In this document: piece by piece, positions 40,404-50,506 of the stretch
Layout: every line of letters begins with the position of its first letter
Numbering within the stretch: position 1 is the first letter of the stretch
Assembly (NCBI GenBank): GCA_963843795.1
Contig: CAWJLW010000006.1
Coordinates: 1,736,001-1,800,000, forward strand
From: an uncultured bacterium
GTDB taxonomy: Bacteria; Armatimonadota; Abditibacteriia; Abditibacteriales; Abditibacteriaceae
DNA: 64,000 nt
Reading direction: 5' to 3'
Position numbers and translations under genes: made by a program
Notes under the pieces: generated by a model
What the model was told of the DNA's origin: nothing
What the model saw: the letters and a program-made list of their open reading frames with translations, nothing else
Database searches by the model: none

Positions 40404-41330
40404 TCAAGGAAGATTTTGGTCGTGAAAAGTGCTTTTTTCGCCCGCGTAGCACAACAGTTCCGCCATCGTCAAAACATCTAAAGCGTTGTGATGAGCAATC
40501 GGTGCCAGTAGATGCGCGCCGCGTCCGCTGGCGCGCAATTGCAGCCAGCGCGCATAAGTTTGTGGAATGCGACCCGAAGCGATATCATCTTGCCGCGTGC
40601 GCCCGCACACGAAAGTTTCCATCGTTTGCAGGCGGCCGTTAGGAATGCGGTCGCGCCACAGTTTGCGGAACAAATAGTAAGTGTCGAAATGTTCGGTCGG
40701 TTGGCTGAAAGTTAAGCCCAGACGTTGGCTGCGGCCTTCGATATAAGGCCAATCGAATCGCAAACCGTTGAACGTGAGCAAATGCTTCCCACGCGCCACG
40801 CGATGATACGCCGCCAGTGCAGCTTTTTCTTCTTGGGGTTCGCGTGATAGAAACCATTCCAATTTGCCGCGCCAATCGCGCTTTGAGTCGCGCTCGAAAC
40901 GCAAAGTGCCGATTAAAAACAGCGGTCCACTGGACGACAAACCCGTAGTTTCGATATCCATGAATAGCAAATCAGATAATTGCGCGCCGCGCAAACGATA
41001 AATGCTGCCGCCGGCAAGTACTTGCTCTAAGCGGGCAGCTAAATTTTGATACGATGGCGCGTAATTTTCGGCTTCGCTTTCTATCGCGTAGTACGCGCCG
41101 TGTCCGGCAAGTAAAACCTCACGGCCCGGAAGCGTATTTTCGAGCGTTGCATCGCGTGGATGAACGGGAACTGGCACGATCAAAGGCGCATCCGGCGGCG
41201 CTAAAAAATGCGCTTGGGCAGCGCTACTTTCGGGTGTTTGAGCAGCGCGACGATTGGCTCCGGTCGCCAGACCGCGCACCGGCGCCGCAGCGGGCGCAAT
41301 TTCATTCGCAATGTCTTCCCAGCTTGCCAT
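40404..41330 (-). CDS. YprB-like RNase H-fold (DEDD) exonuclease domain protein
   Basis: FMDIETTGLS, TFNGLRFDWP and HHNALDV. Confidence 0.82.
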   Translation of the reverse strand: MASWEDIANEIAPAAAPVRGLATGANRRAAQTPESSAAQAHFLAPPDAPLIVPVPVHPRDATLENTLPGREVLLAGHGAYYAIESEAENYAPSYQNLAARLEQVLAGGSIYRLRGAQLSDLLFMDIETTGLSSSGPLFLIGTLRFERDSKRDWRGKLEWFLSREPQEEKAALAAYHRVARGKHLLTFNGLRFDWPYIEGRSQRLGLTFSQPTEHFDTYYLFRKLWRDRIPNGRLQTMETFVCGRTRQDDIASGRIPQTYARWLQLRASGRGAHLLAPIAHHNALDVLTMAELLCYAGEKSTFHDQNLP

Positions 41331-41332
41331 AA

Positions 41333-42241
41333 TTATTCGCTTTCAAACGGCAATTTCACGACGGTGGCGGTTGCGCGCTGCCCGTTCGCAAGTACTTGCA
41401 GCGTAGTACCGGGCGCCGCCCAATCGCTACGCACATATGCCAGCGCAATCGTGCCCAAAACGGGCGAATCGACACACGAAGTCATCATTCCCACATTGCG
41501 TTCTTCGCATTGCAAAAGGGCGTTTTGCCACGTTTCAGCGCTAGCGTCCTCGATTTTCAGACCACTCAAACGCTGCTTGATTTTTTGATAAGTGTTCAAA
41601 CGCGCCACGATTTCCTGACCGTTGTAACATCCTTTGTGCAACGAAATCGAACTGTTCAAACCAGCTTCCCACGGATTAAATTCTTCGCTGATTTCCGCAC
41701 CTGCAATCGGCAAACCCGCTTCGACGCGCAAAACATTATAAGTTGGCCCATCGATTTCGCTTCCGCGCTGATATTCCCTTAAAACGCTTTCGTTTGCACT
41801 CCACAACCACCAGCCGCCAAACGGCCAGCGTGCGTTGTAAAAACCCTGAATTTTCGTAAAATCGGGTTTAATGGTTTGTGATTGGGGGCCGAAAAGCGCG
41901 ATGGCCCGTGTGCTATCGCTGAGATCGTCAATTTTCACGTCTTGCCCGAACAGAATAAATTTGCGTACGTGCGGCGCGAACATTTCACGACGGTTCGGAG
42001 AAGTCCACACGAGGTAGCCGTTTTCGTCGCGCATTACAGAAAGCCAATCCAGCAAACGGCCTTTGGCCGTAATCAAAGCGGCGTTGCACTGTTCGCCAAC
42101 TTTAAGTTTCTTGATGTCGTTGGTTGTGAGATGGTGCAAAAGCGCACCGGCATCGCGACCGCTGAGGTGAAAGCGACCGAAATGCGAGATGTCGCGCCAC
42201 GCGATATGGGCGCGCGCGCTTTGATAAGCGGAAAGGTTCAT
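41333..42241 (-). CDS. ygfZ: Folate-binding YgfZ/GcvT-like protein
   Basis: LRVEAGLP and the KGCYNGQE signature. Start set at MNLSAY (42241). Confidence 0.88.
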   Translation of the reverse strand: MNLSAYQSARAHIAWRDISHFGRFHLSGRDAGALLHHLTTNDIKKLKVGEQCNAALITAKGRLLDWLSVMRDENGYLVWTSPNRREMFAPHVRKFILFGQDVKIDDLSDSTRAIALFGPQSQTIKPDFTKIQGFYNARWPFGGWWLWSANESVLREYQRGSEIDGPTYNVLRVEAGLPIAGAEISEEFNPWEAGLNSSISLHKGCYNGQEIVARLNTYQKIKQRLSGLKIEDASAETWQNALLQCEERNVGMMTSCVDSPVLGTIALAYVRSDWAAPGTTLQVLANGQRATATVVKLPFESE

Positions 42242-42249
42242 AAAAGTTT

Positions 42250-43938
42250 TTACAGCGGCAAAACTAAGGGCGCCAAAGTCGCTGCCATCGTTAAAGTTTG
42301 CGCCGCTTGCAGCAAAATCAAAAGGGTCACGGCAGCCACTAACGCCCGAGCCGCACCTCGCGTGCCCTGCGGCAACAGCACGCTCGCGGCCAGAACGCAA
42401 AATGGCGGCAGCGCAAACATCCACAAACGCTCGGTCTCGCCACGCACACTGCCCATCAGGGTAATCAAGGTCAAAGCGCCCAACATCGCCAGCGCCAGTT
42501 GCAACGTGCGCCAATTTTGTTCGCCGCGCAATCGCCACAACGCGCAAGCGCACGCCGCGACAACCGGCCAGCCGCAGAAGACCGCAAAAATCGGCCCATT
42601 AAACCATAACCAACCACTGCGACTGCGCGTTTCGAGTGTTGCCAGATGATGGGCAGCCATCGCTTTTTGCCACACGAGCGGCACATCGAGCGGAAACATC
42701 AGCCAGATTAAGAACCACATCGCAACAAAACCGCCGCCAACCCACAACAACGCACGCCAGTTTTTCTGCGCGACAAACCACAAAAAACCGACCGCGCCGA
42801 TGACAAGTGCGCCCAGTGAAACCCACGTCGTCAACGCCCATAGCGCGCCCGCCAAAACGAGCCAGTTTTCGGGCTGCAAGTACTTGCGAGAATCCGAAAG
42901 CGAAAATGTGGCTCGCAAGTACTTGCAACACAGCGCAATCGTCCAAGCGATGCCACACGCAACAAGTGCATCCAAGGTGGGCGCGAACAAGCCGACTGTA
43001 GGCGCTAGAACCCACAGCGCAGCCGCGCACAAACCGCGCGCTTCGTCTAGTCGTTTTTCGTCGTCGCAAGTACTTGCAACGCTACAATCGCGCGCCAGAA
43101 TGAACACAGCGGGCACGCTCAAAGCCAGCGCGCTGACTAAACCAATAGCGGCCAGCGCTGCGGTCGCCAATGCGGAAACAGGTAATGGCAAAGCGGCAGC
43201 ATCAGATGGTGCCGCGCCCGCCGAGCGCGCGCCCGCCGTACGAAACGCGTTGAAATCGTTCGTCAGCTGGGTGCGATTATCACCCGCCGCTGCCTCGACG
43301 CCACGGATTAAAAAGCTTTGCAGCGCAGGCGCGCTTTCGACGGCGCGCCGACAAGCATAGTAAAAAAGCGTCGCACCGGGCGGGTGAGTGGCGACATGAG
43401 CGATGGCAGGCGCGGTCGGGTTTTGAGATTGTGTGGCGTAATGGCGCGAAAAGTCGCGCGCGTTATCAATCTGGTAAGCCGCGCCCAGATACTGAGTCGA
43501 TATATCGCTGAATTGAGACGCGACGACATTATAAGCGCCACTGCGCACGCCCTCGATTCCGCTCGATGGGCCGAGCAAACTCCAATGCCATAACACTGAC
43601 ATTAGCATCAGCGCGCCCACACTCATGCGCCGCGAAGTGCGTTGTTCTTTATAGGTTTTAGCACGCCGAAAACGGTCGTAAGCTGAAACTGCAGAAAGGC
43701 CGCCGAAAATGCAAAATACGCCGAGAGGCAGCCACCATGCACCGATATTCCACGGTGCGTGAGGTGAGAGCAACCAGCCATCGCGTCCCCAACCGCCGCG
43801 CGTTCGCAGCAGCCAGTTCGCGGTAATCGCGCTCATAATTAGCGACAAAGCGACGGCTAAAATCGCGCGATAACTGGCGAACTTCGCGGTAGTTACTTGG
43901 GCATTGGCGCTTTCCATCTGCGCGTTTTCTATTGCCAT
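42250..43938 (-). CDS. Polytopic membrane protein, possible GT-C-fold glycosyltransferase
   Basis: More than 10 TM segments, THPPG motif in a large early loop and ETERLW motif. Confidence 0.6.
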   Translation of the reverse strand: MAIENAQMESANAQVTTAKFASYRAILAVALSLIMSAITANWLLRTRGGWGRDGWLLSPHAPWNIGAWWLPLGVFCIFGGLSAVSAYDRFRRAKTYKEQRTSRRMSVGALMLMSVLWHWSLLGPSSGIEGVRSGAYNVVASQFSDISTQYLGAAYQIDNARDFSRHYATQSQNPTAPAIAHVATHPPGATLFYYACRRAVESAPALQSFLIRGVEAAAGDNRTQLTNDFNAFRTAGARSAGAAPSDAAALPLPVSALATAALAAIGLVSALALSVPAVFILARDCSVASTCDDEKRLDEARGLCAAALWVLAPTVGLFAPTLDALVACGIAWTIALCCKYLRATFSLSDSRKYLQPENWLVLAGALWALTTWVSLGALVIGAVGFLWFVAQKNWRALLWVGGGFVAMWFLIWLMFPLDVPLVWQKAMAAHHLATLETRSRSGWLWFNGPIFAVFCGWPVVAACACALWRLRGEQNWRTLQLALAMLGALTLITLMGSVRGETERLWMFALPPFCVLAASVLLPQGTRGAARALVAAVTLLILLQAAQTLTMAATLAPLVLPL

Positions 43939-45302
43939 CGTTTTTGAATGCGGCGCGCCACAGCGCTTTTTCCGGCATCGTTGGATGCGTTCTCATTGCG
44001 CGGATTTTCGCCACGCGAATCCGGTGCTTTGCGCGCATTGATTGCGCTCGACGAGTTGTTAACACGCGAATTGTTGCCTCCGTAAGAACGATTCGCCGTT
44101 GGTCGCGTATCGCGAGAATCGCCGGAGCTAGCGCGATTGTTGGACGGTCGCGAATTTGTCGGACGTGCATTGCCTGGACGAGCGCTTGCCGGACGTTCGC
44201 TAGCTGAGCGCGAATTTGCTGAACGCGCATTATCTGGTCGCGGAGTTGTTGAACGCACGTTCGTCGGGCGCGAGCTTGAGGCGCGATTCGGAGTGCTGCG
44301 CGGAGTGGTGCTGCGCTTAGGCGCATCGATTTCTGGTATTTCGGCTTCAGGCGACTCACGGCGCGTGTAAGGTCTCGCGGTCGATTTGGCGGCGCGAGCG
44401 CTGCGCACGACTTCTTTGCGGCGCGCGCGTTCGGCGGCGGAAATGGGGCTGGCCGGACTTAATTTGCGCGCGCGCGGAGCGAGATTTTTGGCTTTGGCGA
44501 CTTTGGTTTTCGTAGTCGCAGCTTTGCGCAGCATGTGCACTTCGCCGGGCAAAAGTTGCCGATAAGTGCCAATCGCCACGCCTTCGATTTCGATCGGGCC
44601 AAATTTAATGCGGCGCAGTACGGAAACTTGATGACCGACGGCTTCCAGCATCCGTCGCACCTGACGGTTGCGACCTTCGCGCAGAGTGATCTCAACCAGC
44701 GCATTGTTCTGCGTTTGTGCCCGCACGCGCACCCGACACGGCGCGGTCATGCCATCTTCCAAACGCACGCCATCTTGTAACAAACGCACCGTAGCAGCTT
44801 TCACCTGACCGCGCACGCGCGCCTGATAAGTTTTCTCGACGCCGTGCGAAGGATGCGTGAGGAGTTGCGTCAATTCACCATCATCGGTGAGCAGAAGCAA
44901 GCCGGAAGTATCGAAATCCAAACGGCCAATCGGATGCAGATTTTCCCATTTGCGCGGCAAAAGTTCCATTACCGTCGCGCGGTTTTCGGGATCATTGCGC
45001 GTGGTTATCACGCCGCGTGGCTTGTGCAGCATCACGACAACTGATGGACCAGAAGGCAAAGTCAATGGTTTGCCATCGACAACGACACGATCGCGCGACA
45101 AATCGGCTCGAGTGCCTAATTGCGTGATGATGTGGCCGTTCACCGAAACCCGGCCTTCGGCGATTAATTCCTCACAAGCGCGGCGCGAACCCAGCCCGGC
45201 TTTGGCCATTAATTTTTGCAAACGCTCGCCCGCAGATTCGTCTTCGGGCGGCATTTGTTTTTTATCAACATTTTTACTATTTTCAGATTCAGCAGAATTC
45301 AT
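43929..45302 (-). CDS. rluB: 23S rRNA pseudouridine synthase RluB-like with long Arg/Ser/Pro/Asn-rich tail
   Basis: S4 domain RLQKLMA..G..SRR, GRLDFDTSGLLLLT and EGRNRQVRRM. Lies downstream of scpAB. Confidence 0.88.
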   Translation of the reverse strand: MNSAESENSKNVDKKQMPPEDESAGERLQKLMAKAGLGSRRACEELIAEGRVSVNGHIITQLGTRADLSRDRVVVDGKPLTLPSGPSVVVMLHKPRGVITTRNDPENRATVMELLPRKWENLHPIGRLDFDTSGLLLLTDDGELTQLLTHPSHGVEKTYQARVRGQVKAATVRLLQDGVRLEDGMTAPCRVRVRAQTQNNALVEITLREGRNRQVRRMLEAVGHQVSVLRRIKFGPIEIEGVAIGTYRQLLPGEVHMLRKAATTKTKVAKAKNLAPRARKLSPASPISAAERARRKEVVRSARAAKSTARPYTRRESPEAEIPEIDAPKRSTTPRSTPNRASSSRPTNVRSTTPRPDNARSANSRSASERPASARPGNARPTNSRPSNNRASSGDSRDTRPTANRSYGGNNSRVNNSSSAINARKAPDSRGENPRNENASNDAGKSAVARRIQKRWQ

Positions 45303-45399
45303 AGCTTCCAGTATCGGCTGCCACGCGCCACGTTGCGAGTTTTCGGGTTTGAAAGAAGATGAAATTTGGCGCTGCAAGTACTTGCAGCGCCAGCTTGGC

Positions 45400-46815
45400 T
45401 TAGGCTTCGTCGCGCCAGCGTCGCCACGTCGCGCCACCGATTAAAGCTGCGACAATTAACATCAGCGCGCCCACCAACCAGCGCCGCCAATCCACGCCGC
45501 GCGCACGGTTGGCATTTGAAGATATATTTGAAGGCAAGACTTTGGAAAGCAGCGAAGTATGAGCGTCAGAGGCGGCATAGGCTTTGGTCGAAGCGATGAC
45601 GTGGCCGTTTAATATTACCGTTGCGCGCCCCAGATAATCGCCGCGCTCCACTTCCGCGCGGTTTTCACTTGCTGTAGTTGCTTTGTTTTCAACATTCGCC
45701 GGGACGAGTTCGGGCAATAGGCGCACAGTTTTCTGCAACTGCTCTGTTTCGCCGGTGCGAAGTGGGACCCACAAGTCGTTGCCAGATAAGGCTTCGACTT
45801 CGCCCCCAGCGGTTTCAATTGTGCCCAGCGATTCACGCTTGGTGAGCACTTGCTGCGGCTGCCATTTTTCAAAACCCTCGTGCTGCAACAAGTTATAAGC
45901 GTCGCTCCACGAATCGTGCGACTTCATCACCACGGCCAGCAAACGCCAGTCGCGGCCCTGCTCGTCTTTGCGCGTGGCCGCCGCAATCAAGCAGTTGCCA
46001 GCTTGTCGCGTGTAGCCGGTTTTCACACCATCACAAAACTGCCAGCGAAAAAGCAGACGATTGCGATTATACAGATAACGCGACGGCCCAATTTTCCAAT
46101 TGCCATGAATAATATCTTCGCGCGTCGAAGCGATAGTTTGAAAGGGCGTCAAGCTCATCGCGTGGCGCGCGATGAGCGCCAAATCGCGCGCCGTCGTGTA
46201 ATGTCGCGGATCGTGTAAACCGTGCGGATTCATGAAGTGCGTGTTGATTGCGCCCAATTCGTGCGCACGGTCGTTCATTTTTTCGACGAATGCGGGCACG
46301 TTGCCCGATACAGCTTCAGCGATGGCGACACACGAATCATTGGCCGATTTAATCAGCGCGGCTTTGACCAAATCGCGCAGCGCGAACTTTTCGTTTTGCA
46401 TCAGCAAAATGCTCGATTCGCCGATCTGCGGCGGCAAAGAACTGATGGTCGTCATTTCATCCAACCTGCCGCTTTCGACTGCGAGCATCGCGGTCATAGT
46501 TTTGGTCGTCGAAGCCGGAAACATGCGCTTGTCGGGTTCGTGCGCGGCCAGCACACGACCGCTGTCGGCATCCATCAAAATCCACGCTTGCGCCGTGATT
46601 GGGCCAAGCGTAATCGGCAGGTGCGCGGCGCGCTGAGCGTAGCGGTCGTCTTCCAAACCGGTGGGCACCGCAACAACCTGAGTTGGTCGCGGCGTGGCTT
46701 TGACGATAGCCGGTTTTGGGGGTGCGTTGCGTGCAGTTGCGGGAACAGCCAAAGTAAGTGCCACACCTAAAATGGCGCCTGCAAGTAGTTGTAGAGTGGT
46801 TTTTCTCTGGGTCAT
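45400..46815 (-). CDS. D-Ala-D-Ala carboxypeptidase, peptidase S11
   Basis: PASTTK, SAND, NPHGL and KTGYT. Signal peptide and C-terminal TM anchor. Confidence 0.92.
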   Translation of the reverse strand: MTQRKTTLQLLAGAILGVALTLAVPATARNAPPKPAIVKATPRPTQVVAVPTGLEDDRYAQRAAHLPITLGPITAQAWILMDADSGRVLAAHEPDKRMFPASTTKTMTAMLAVESGRLDEMTTISSLPPQIGESSILLMQNEKFALRDLVKAALIKSANDSCVAIAEAVSGNVPAFVEKMNDRAHELGAINTHFMNPHGLHDPRHYTTARDLALIARHAMSLTPFQTIASTREDIIHGNWKIGPSRYLYNRNRLLFRWQFCDGVKTGYTRQAGNCLIAAATRKDEQGRDWRLLAVVMKSHDSWSDAYNLLQHEGFEKWQPQQVLTKRESLGTIETAGGEVEALSGNDLWVPLRTGETEQLQKTVRLLPELVPANVENKATTASENRAEVERGDYLGRATVILNGHVIASTKAYAASDAHTSLLSKVLPSNISSNANRARGVDWRRWLVGALMLIVAALIGGATWRRWRDEA

Positions 46816-47486
46816 TGCGCGCGCTCCTCCGTGTCGCCTTTAGCAAGTACTTGCACCGCGTCGTTCTCGGCAAGGGGCGTGTTCTCGGCAAGGGGCGTGT
46901 TCTCGACGAAAGTATTTTCACCCGGCGCACTCATCGCACCGCGATTGAACAAATTCGAAGCGCGCGCTTCCTGATGCAAGGCGTTCCATTCTTCCAACGA
47001 AGGCAAATCATCGACAGCGCGCAACCCAAAATTTTCCAAAAACAAGGGTGTTGTCGCATAAAGCCACGGACGGCCCGGCGCATCTCTGCGACCGGCGAAG
47101 GTGAGCAACTTTTTTTCTAAGAGCCATTGCAGTGGCCCCGCGCAATCGACGCCGCGCAACTCCTCAATCGTCGCGCGCGTTGCGGGTTGGCGATAAGCGA
47201 CAATGGCCAAAACTTCAAACGCCGCGCGCGACAACTTCTGGCGCGGCACATCGCGCAAACGGCGAATGTGCGCGGCAAATTGCGGCTTGGTGACCAATTG
47301 CCAACCTTCGGCAATTTCGACGAGTTGCAGCGCGCCAATGCGCGATTTTTCGTCCTGCAAAATTGCCAATTCTTCACGCGCCAGTTCCTCACTTAACTCG
47401 GCGGCGCTGGCAATTTTTTCGATAGATAAGGGTTGATCGGCAGCGAACAATAGCGCTTCGATCACATCGGCACCACTTGGATTCAT
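46812..47486 (-). CDS. scpB: SMC-Scp complex subunit ScpB
   Basis: IEALLF, LS.AA.EVLAIVAYRQP, IEELRGV, PGRP..Y.TT and FGL..DLP. Confidence 0.96.
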   Translation of the reverse strand: MNPSGADVIEALLFAADQPLSIEKIASAAELSEELAREELAILQDEKSRIGALQLVEIAEGWQLVTKPQFAAHIRRLRDVPRQKLSRAAFEVLAIVAYRQPATRATIEELRGVDCAGPLQWLLEKKLLTFAGRRDAPGRPWLYATTPLFLENFGLRAVDDLPSLEEWNALHQEARASNLFNRGAMSAPGENTFVENTPLAENTPLAENDAVQVLAKGDTEERAQ

Positions 47487-47538
47487 AACATTTTCGACAT
47501 TTAACGTTTATTTTTGCGGCGAGTACTTGCCGCGCATT

Positions 47539-48384
47539 TTAGCCTTCTAAGCGCGTCATCAGTTCGATTTCGCCAAACGCAACTTCTTGCTGCACGGTCA
47601 AGCGCCCGCGACGGATCAATTCCAATACTGCCAGAAAAGTAATCACAACTTCCAACCGCGATTGGCAATCGTCGCACAATAATTCAAAGTTGGCGCGCGA
47701 TAAATTTTTCAAGCGCGCCCATAAATCGCGCGTACGCGTGCCAATGGTGAACGGTTCACGTTGCACGAGCGCGACTGGCGCTTCCTGCATACGATCCAAA
47801 ACGCGCTGCAAGGCGCGCAGTAAATCGAACGACGAAACGTTTTGTAACGCGACGGTGGGTGGAAGTTCGCCATCACCTAAATCGTCGAGGGTATCGGACA
47901 GCGAAACGTGGCGAGCGAACAGTTGCTCGCGTTCGGTTTTGAGTTCTTGCAACGAGTGCGCGGCACTTTGGAAACGCTGATATTCCAGCAAGCGGTCGAC
48001 AAGTTCGCGGCGCGGGTCATCGGCGCTTTCGGGCTGCATCGAATCTTCGTTGGCCGATTCGTTTTTTGGTAAGAGCATGCGCGATTTGATTTGCATCAAA
48101 GTCGCAGCCGTCACTAAAAAATCGCCCGCTGCATCAACATCTAATAATTCGATGACACGCGCGAATTCTAAAAACTGGCGCGTGATGTCGTGAATCGGAA
48201 TATCGCAGATATCGTAGCGATGCGCGCGCACCAAATAAAGCAGCAAATCGAGCGGCCCATCGAAGGCGTTGTCGTCCCACAATTGCAGACGCACGCGATG
48301 GCCATCGAAACGCTCTGGCTCGCGCACCTGCGGCTGCGTGACTGGCTGCTGCCAGCTTGCAATTTCGGCAGAATATTCGAGCAT
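47539..48384 (-). CDS. scpA: Kleisin ScpA
   Basis: FDGPLDLLLYL, IKSRMLLP, DPRRELV.RLLEY and TFLAVLEL. Confidence 0.96.
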   Translation of the reverse strand: MLEYSAEIASWQQPVTQPQVREPERFDGHRVRLQLWDDNAFDGPLDLLLYLVRAHRYDICDIPIHDITRQFLEFARVIELLDVDAAGDFLVTAATLMQIKSRMLLPKNESANEDSMQPESADDPRRELVDRLLEYQRFQSAAHSLQELKTEREQLFARHVSLSDTLDDLGDGELPPTVALQNVSSFDLLRALQRVLDRMQEAPVALVQREPFTIGTRTRDLWARLKNLSRANFELLCDDCQSRLEVVITFLAVLELIRRGRLTVQQEVAFGEIELMTRLEG

Positions 48385-48391
48385 AGCAAGT

Positions 48392-49117
48392 TCAGTAGCT
48401 CAGCGATTGCCAGCCGAAACCGGTCGCGAAAAGCGACAATTGGATACCGAAAATTTGCACCGGCCTTAGCACCGAACCCAGCAAATCGAAGGGAATGCCC
48501 ATACTGGGCAAATTGATAATCAGCAACAAAATGAGGAATGAGTAAGGCCGAATCATATCGAAAAATTCTTTAACCGAAGGCGGGCCGAGAAATTCCAACA
48601 CGTAATGACCATCCAGCGGCGGAAGCGGCAGCATATTGAACGTGGCCAGAACCAGATTAATGCGCACGCCCAGATAAACCATTTCGACCAGTAAATCGCT
48701 CACATTGAGCGAGGCGGTCTTTTGGCCCAGCAACGCAGCCAGCACACTTTCTTGGCCAGCGATGCGCCCGACAATTGCCAACATCACTAACCAGAACACA
48801 ACCTGCATCAGGTTGGAAATTGGGCCGGCAATGGCGACCAGCATTGCATCGCGGCGCGGCTCTCCAAAGTTGCGTGGCGAAAACGGAACCGGCTTGGCCC
48901 AACCGATGAAAAATCCAACTAGAGCGCCCATAATCATCATCAGCGAACCAATTGGATCGAGATGCTTCATCGGATCGAGCGTTAAACGGCCCAGACGACG
49001 CGCGGTGTCGTCACCGAGACGATTGGCTGTCCAAGCGTGCGCGAATTCGTGAATTGTCAGAGCTGAGACAATCGCCGGAATTGCCAGCAGTAGACTAAAA
49101 ATCCGTGAACTATCCAT
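48392..49117 (-). CDS. Site-2 protease (M50) family protein
   Basis: HEFAH, GRLTLDP, GWAKPVP, AGPISN and FNMLPLPPLDG. Confidence 0.93.
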   Translation of the reverse strand: MDSSRIFSLLLAIPAIVSALTIHEFAHAWTANRLGDDTARRLGRLTLDPMKHLDPIGSLMMIMGALVGFFIGWAKPVPFSPRNFGEPRRDAMLVAIAGPISNLMQVVFWLVMLAIVGRIAGQESVLAALLGQKTASLNVSDLLVEMVYLGVRINLVLATFNMLPLPPLDGHYVLEFLGPPSVKEFFDMIRPYSFLILLLIINLPSMGIPFDLLGSVLRPVQIFGIQLSLFATGFGWQSLSY

Positions 49118-49165
49118 AATTTCGTCTCAATTGCGCTTCAAGGTCACTGCAAGTACTTGCAGCGC

Positions 49166-50506
49166 TTAATTGTCTTTTTCCAGACGATAAGGAATGGCAT
49201 CGTGCGAAATAATGTCGTCCAATGTTTCGCGCTCGACAATGACATCCACATTCCCCTCATTCACCAGAACCACAGCGGGTCGGCAGAAACGATTGTAGTT
49301 CGACGCCATCGCCTGATTATAAGCACCAGTTGAGTAAACCGCCAAAATATCGCCGGTTTGCGGCATTGCAATCTTCGTATCCGGCACCAAAGTATCGGTT
49401 TCGCAATGCTTGCCCGAAACCGTCACTACATCATTCGCTTCTTCATCAGCGCGACTGGCGTTGAGCACAAAATACTGTGCCTGATACAAGGCGGGACGCG
49501 GATTATCGCTGAGGCCGCCATCGACCGCGACATAAGTGCGCTTTTCGGGAATGACCTTGATACCACCCGTCCGATACAACGTCGTGCCCGCTTCGCCGAC
49601 CAGGGAACGGCCCGGCTCGACTGATAAATGCGGCACTTGCAAACCGAGTCGCGCGCAGCATTCCTTGACTTCGCCGACGAGCGTTTGCGCGTATTCTTCC
49701 ATCGAAGGCGGATTATCTTCGGGCAAATAACGAATTCCCAAACCTCCGCCCAAATCGAGTTCGGCCAGTTCCAGTTGGAGATCGTTTTTCAATTCCGCCA
49801 TGAATTCGCACATCAGGCGCGCGGCCAATCGAAAGAAATCGGCTTCGAGAATTTGGCTGCCGATGTGGCTCGATAAACCCACCAGCTCCAAATTCGACAT
49901 TTCCAGCGCCCGCTCGACGCCGCGCCGCGCCAGACCACCAACGATATTGAAACCAAATTTGGTGTCGGCGCGACCAGTCTGAATCAGATGATGCGTGTGC
50001 GGATCGACCGCGGGCGTCAGGCGCAACATGATTTTCTGGCGCTCGCCTTCATCGAGAATTTCGCCCGCAATTTCGTTCAATACGCCAAGTTCATTCTCGT
50101 TATCGACGATAATGCGACCCAGCCCGGCGCGCAAGGCCATTTCCAGTTCTTCGCGCGACTTGTTGTTACCGTGAAACACGATGCGCTCAGCGGGAAAATC
50201 GGCTTTGAGAGCGGTGAACAGTTCGCCAGCCGAAGCCACATCGAGCCATAGGCCTTCCTCATCGGCGATGCGTGCAATGGCCAAACAGGTAAAGGCTTTG
50301 GAAGCGTAGATAATATGAAACGGCACGTTTTGCGCTTTAAACGCCGCAGTCATGGCGCGCATTGTCGAACGAATGTGGGCTTCGTCCATGACATAAAGCG
50401 GAGTGCCGAATTGTTGAGCAAGTTGTGTGGTGTCGCAGCCACCGATTTCGAGATGGCCGTCTGAATTAATTTTCTGAGTACCAAGCGTGAACACGTCTAA
50501 CCTCAA
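49166..50506 (-). CDS. lysA: Diaminopimelate decarboxylase
   Basis: GTPLYV, YASKAF, HGNNK, HIGSQI, EPGRS, HCE.D and MASNYN. Confidence 0.96.
   Translation of the reverse strand: MRLDVFTLGTQKINSDGHLEIGGCDTTQLAQQFGTPLYVMDEAHIRSTMRAMTAAFKAQNVPFHIIYASKAFTCLAIARIADEEGLWLDVASAGELFTALKADFPAERIVFHGNNKSREELEMALRAGLGRIIVDNENELGVLNEIAGEILDEGERQKIMLRLTPAVDPHTHHLIQTGRADTKFGFNIVGGLARRGVERALEMSNLELVGLSSHIGSQILEADFFRLAARLMCEFMAELKNDLQLELAELDLGGGLGIRYLPEDNPPSMEEYAQTLVGEVKECCARLGLQVPHLSVEPGRSLVGEAGTTLYRTGGIKVIPEKRTYVAVDGGLSDNPRPALYQAQYFVLNASRADEEANDVVTVSGKHCETDTLVPDTKIAMPQTGDILAVYSTGAYNQAMASNYNRFCRPAVVLVNEGNVDVIVERETLDDIISHDAIPYRLEKDN

Noticed and set aside
46862..46907. 18-bp tandem repeat in the scpB tail (ENTPLA twice) and 15-bp tandem at 6314-6342
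   Set aside because: These are short local duplications in unconstrained sequence with no further copies seen.
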